This document shows, piece after piece, positions 60,681 to 64,000 of a stretch of DNA of 64,000 bases (its first letter is position 1; every line of letters begins with the position of its first letter). Source of the DNA: Takakia lepidozioides. Taxonomy: Eukaryota > Plantae > Bryophyta. Location: the NCBI GenBank assembly GCA_030704615.1, contig CM060731.1:60202001-60266000 (forward strand), read 5' to 3'. The notes under the pieces were generated by a model, which was not told the origin of the DNA, ran no database searches, and saw only the letters and a program-made list of their open reading frames with translations. Both the position numbers and the translations under genes were made by a program.

Positions 60681-61463
60681 ATGGCACAGCGCGAGTTAGA
60701 GAGCCTTGCGATCCGTGCGACTGCAGCGTTGAACGACGTTGAGGCGTTGCTTTGTGGGCACAGTGAGCTGCTGGAGCAGGTGGAGAGGGTGAAACAGCTC
60801 TTCCTAAAGGTTGCAAAGCGTGACCTGATGCTTGCAAAGAGTGAGTTGATGCTCGCAGAAACTGAGAGGAGGAGATCACGCAAGCTAGACTACCTGAAGG
60901 AAAGTGAGGATAACGAGGTATCTTTCCTCCACGACGAGATCGCCTTGGCAAAGAGGATGAAGGCAAAGAGTGATTTGATGCTTGTAGAGATAGAGAAGAT
61001 GAAGAGATACTACCTGGAGGACAGTAAGAAGGTCCGGGAGTCTTGGAAGATTGCAGATACACGTGTGTCGACTGCACAGAATGCGTTGATGCATGCAGAT
61101 AAACACATGGGGCTTGCACAGATTTGGTTGGAGCTTGCAGAGTCTGAGAGGGAGAGGCGATCGCACTGCCAGCCGAAGGATCTTGAGATGGAGAGATTCT
61201 TGCTGAGGGAGACTAGGAAAGCTTTGTTCCTGTGCGTTGCACATTGTGAAACGCTGCTTTCAATGAGTGAGTTGGCGGTTGCAAAGCTTGAGACGGTAGA
61301 CTACCTGAAGGACTGGTCATTGTCCTCGGTGATGGGTTGGTTCATAACATACGGCCTGAAAGGAAGCAGCTCAGGAGACAGTTCACCGCATAATTTGCCA
61401 CAATTGATAGTCATTCAACCTGACAGAAGTCTGCAGTTGTGTCAAAATGGTGGCTTCCAATGA
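60681..61463 (+). CDS. Hypothetical intronless coiled-coil protein, 260 aa
   Basis: Long uninterrupted ORF with ATG in ACAACGATGG context and TATATAA boxes at about 60586 and 60638. The sequence is L/E/A/K/R-rich and helical with internal repeats (AKSELMLAETE / AKSDLMLVEIE; DYLKE / DYLKD). No family recognised. Confidence 0.5.
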   Translation: MAQRELESLAIRATAALNDVEALLCGHSELLEQVERVKQLFLKVAKRDLMLAKSELMLAETERRRSRKLDYLKESEDNEVSFLHDEIALAKRMKAKSDLMLVEIEKMKRYYLEDSKKVRESWKIADTRVSTAQNALMHADKHMGLAQIWLELAESERERRSHCQPKDLEMERFLLRETRKALFLCVAHCETLLSMSELAVAKLETVDYLKDWSLSSVMGWFITYGLKGSSSGDSSPHNLPQLIVIQPDRSLQLCQNGGFQ

Positions 61464-61804
61464 TGGATCATGGTGGGGAGGGAGGTAGGGATCTCAAATT
61501 GGGGGAGTTAAGAGATCCCGTACTTCCTTACACTCATATCTTGGCGTTCACTAGTTGCAACTGGGATGCGCATATACAGGAAGTGGTTCAAAGAGCTTAA
61601 CGCAAAGCTTTGGGCCAGGCTCACTAAATTTCTGCACGAAATTGCACTTGGTCTTAGATTTCAACTAAGGTTGAGTAGCTTACTATAGCTTTTTGTTTTC
61701 TTTCTCTTGTTGCTTGTTCCTCCCCAGCTTTTTGGGAACTTTTCATCCTATGTACGTTCACCCATTGTCCATGTTGTAAATAAAGTCTTACAAGGTTTCA
61801 TCAT

Positions 61805-62060
61805 TTCATACATGGGCCAACAGCATAGGTTACATTAGAGGTCGCACTTGGGCCTCGACAGGCCTCGACATAGGGGATACATAGGAAATTGCACTTGGTC
61901 TTAGATTTCAACTCTTCATACATGGGCCAAAGGCACATGCTACCCTAGAGGTCGCACTTGGGCCCTACATAAGAGACGCATTGGGATGCATAGAAGATCT
62001 TACACTTGGACTTAGATGACATTGGACACTTGGGCCAACTGCACAGGCTACCCTAGTACA
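61805..62060. repeat. Degenerate tandem repeat of about 110 bp (about 2.5 units)
   Basis: TCATACATGGGCCAA...TAGAGGTCGCACTTGGGCC...CACTTGG(T/A)CTTAGAT recurs. GAAATTGCACTTGGTCTTAGATTTCAACT also occurs at about 61638. Confidence 0.7.
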
Positions 62061-62487
62061 ACATAATTGAAAGCTCCTAGATAGATGAGGAGGGAGTACT
62101 CCTTGCCACATATTAAGGACGTCACACAACTGATGCAGTCGTCATCTTAAATTGCAGAACAAAACCCTTACAATCAGATAATGACCAGTTGTAGTCTCGG
62201 CCTGAGCTTGGTGGTGTAAATTGGAATTAGAACCATATGCAGATTGTGCTTGAGCTTGTATCATGGCCACAGACACTAGTCTCATCCAAAAAGGGTTTGA
62301 CCAGCCCTCAATAGAAAGAATTCAATTATGCATTCGCAGGATTACTCCAGTAGTAGGATTACTCAAGTAGTAGGATTTATACAGTTGTTCAAAAGATATC
62401 AATATTCTTTGGATGCAAGAAACAACCCAGAATTCAACCAAGGGAGTATAGTTATTGGCATTGTGAGAGAGAGAGAGAATATTGTAC

Positions 62488-62624
62488 TAGTGTTGTGCGG
62501 GTCCGAGTTTTGACCGCGGGTACCCGGCGGGTTAGGATCCGGGTTACCCGGACCCGTGCTATCACCAAAAACCCGGACCCTGACCCGTTAGAAATGAACC
62601 CGGAACCGGACCCGCCTGCTGGGT
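62488..62624. mobile_element. hAT-like transposon terminus with ACCCG/CGGGT subterminal repeats
   Basis: Starts TAGTGTTG followed by dense direct and inverted ACCCG(G)/CGGGT motifs; cut by the LTR at 62625. Confidence 0.6.
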
Positions 62625-64000
62625 TGTGAAGCCTTAAAACAAGCCTGAAGCATATACTCATTTCCTCTCAAGAAGCGAAGTTGCACAACAAAGGGGTGAG
62701 CGGAAAGAGCAAGCAACGCGCGAGAGGAAGATCAAACACACGAATCAGACACTAAGCAGCTCTCATCCAAAAACTTGTACACCCAAATCACATATACCGC
62801 AACACCCGAGTACACCGCCCCGACCTTGTGTCAGGGCGCCGTCTTTATACAAAAGCCCTAACCTTAGTGGCCCGCCGCGTGGCGAGGCATTATAGGCCCA
62901 AGCCCATGGTGCTGCCTTGCAGCCCTGGATCTAACGAAGGGCCAGGATCAAGCCACCAGCCTAAACTAACCCTAATCTAAACATCATTGTAACGGATTAA
63001 CGGCTTTATAGGCCAAAAAAATATACGATGAATGTGTATCGCCGTTTTGGATGAAACGGGTAAATCTGTGATGAGGAAAGTTTGGGGCATCACATCTGTG
63101 AAGCCTACCCCCCACGAAAAATCCTGAGCTCCGTGAAGTACAATATAAGAAATAACAAGTAAATGTTTGGGGAGAAAATCACCCTCCACTGCTGGGTGAA
63201 AAACCTACCAAAGGAAAACCTGGCACCTGCAATTTGGGCCGAGGACAAAACCTTTGGCTAGGAAAACCGTGCAGGGAGTATACGTGGTGACATATCATAG
63301 GTCTACAAAATGCATCAAGAGCTAGAACAAAAGGCCAGATCCGCAAGCTAACACTAATCCGTCGAGGAAGCCAATCTGAAGAAGATCAAGACATCATTCC
63401 ACCGTACGTCCCTCCACATTGATGCACGTAAGATCAAAGACTAGCTCGGAATGCACCAGATCCGTGAGAGAAACGGGTTCATTATGCACATGAATATTGA
63501 ATTAGTATCTCCCGAGGACATCCATGCCGCATAAGGATCTCATTGAAGAAGAACTGAGCTACAGCATCACTAGCCTTGGAACGCAAAAGCCAGACTTCTA
63601 CCCACTTAGTCAAGTAGTCGGTAGCAACACAAAGGTAGCTTCGACCCTTTGATGTGAGTGTGAGGGGTCCTACTAAGTCAATGCCAACACGAGCAAAAGC
63701 ATGGGTGATAGGCAAAGACTGCAGCTCATACAAGATCCGGGCCCTAGGGAGAGCAATATTAGCACGACAACCTTCACATTTAGAGATGAACTCGGTGACG
63801 CTTCGGTGAATTCCCAGCCAATAGTATACCTCTTGGATGCGGGCCACAGTTTTCTTGATACCAAAGTGACCTGCATACAAGGAACAATGGAAACGCTCCA
63901 ATAAAGCATTCAGCTGGCTCCGTGGTGGCACCTCCAAGTAGCATGGCACTCCCCCTCGAGTGAGCTCCTTGAAAAGCTTATCACCCATAAAACGGTGAAT
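62625..64000 (-). mobile_element. Second Ty3/gypsy copy of the same family: 3' LTR + 3' UTR + partial integrase, continuing beyond the window
   Basis: LTR TGTGAAGCC...CATCACA at 62625-63095 is homologous to 27372-27835. Integrase ORF 63482-63988 (HCSLYAGHFG...CEGC...GIDLVGPL). About 600 bp are deleted at about 63485 relative to copy 1. Confidence 0.93.

Noticed and set aside
62465-62488. (GA)n followed by TTGTACT resembling a LINE 3' end cut by the hAT terminus
   Set aside because: A 7-bp match is too short to support.

Overview
Eukaryotic nuclear DNA from a land plant. The PPR motif style and compact spliced genes suggest a seed-free lineage (hornwort, lycophyte or fern); this is inference. 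Three protein-coding regions look intact: an intronless IBH1/AIF-type atypical bHLH (42441-43397 +), a 7-exon RMND1/RRG-like DUF155 gene (46821-52383 -) and an orphan coiled-coil ORF (60681-61463 +). The rest is decayed genes and transposons: two divergently oriented clusters of PLS-class PPR pseudogenes (1-4860 -, about 7800-11021 +), further PPR-E remnants, a PXA/Nexin_C sorting-nexin pseudogene interrupted by a LINE and apparently missing its PX exons, seven copies or fragments of one tailless EN-RT LINE family, a 5'-inverted L1 fragment, a tRNA-derived SINE, two copies of a Ty3/gypsy LTR family, and CACTA, hAT and piggyBac-like ends. Two observations stand out. The minus-strand PPR genes carry an N-terminal OSB-type PDF (organellar ssDNA-binding) motif in frame with the PPR array, and the gypsy element encodes a dUTPase-like domain between protease and RT.
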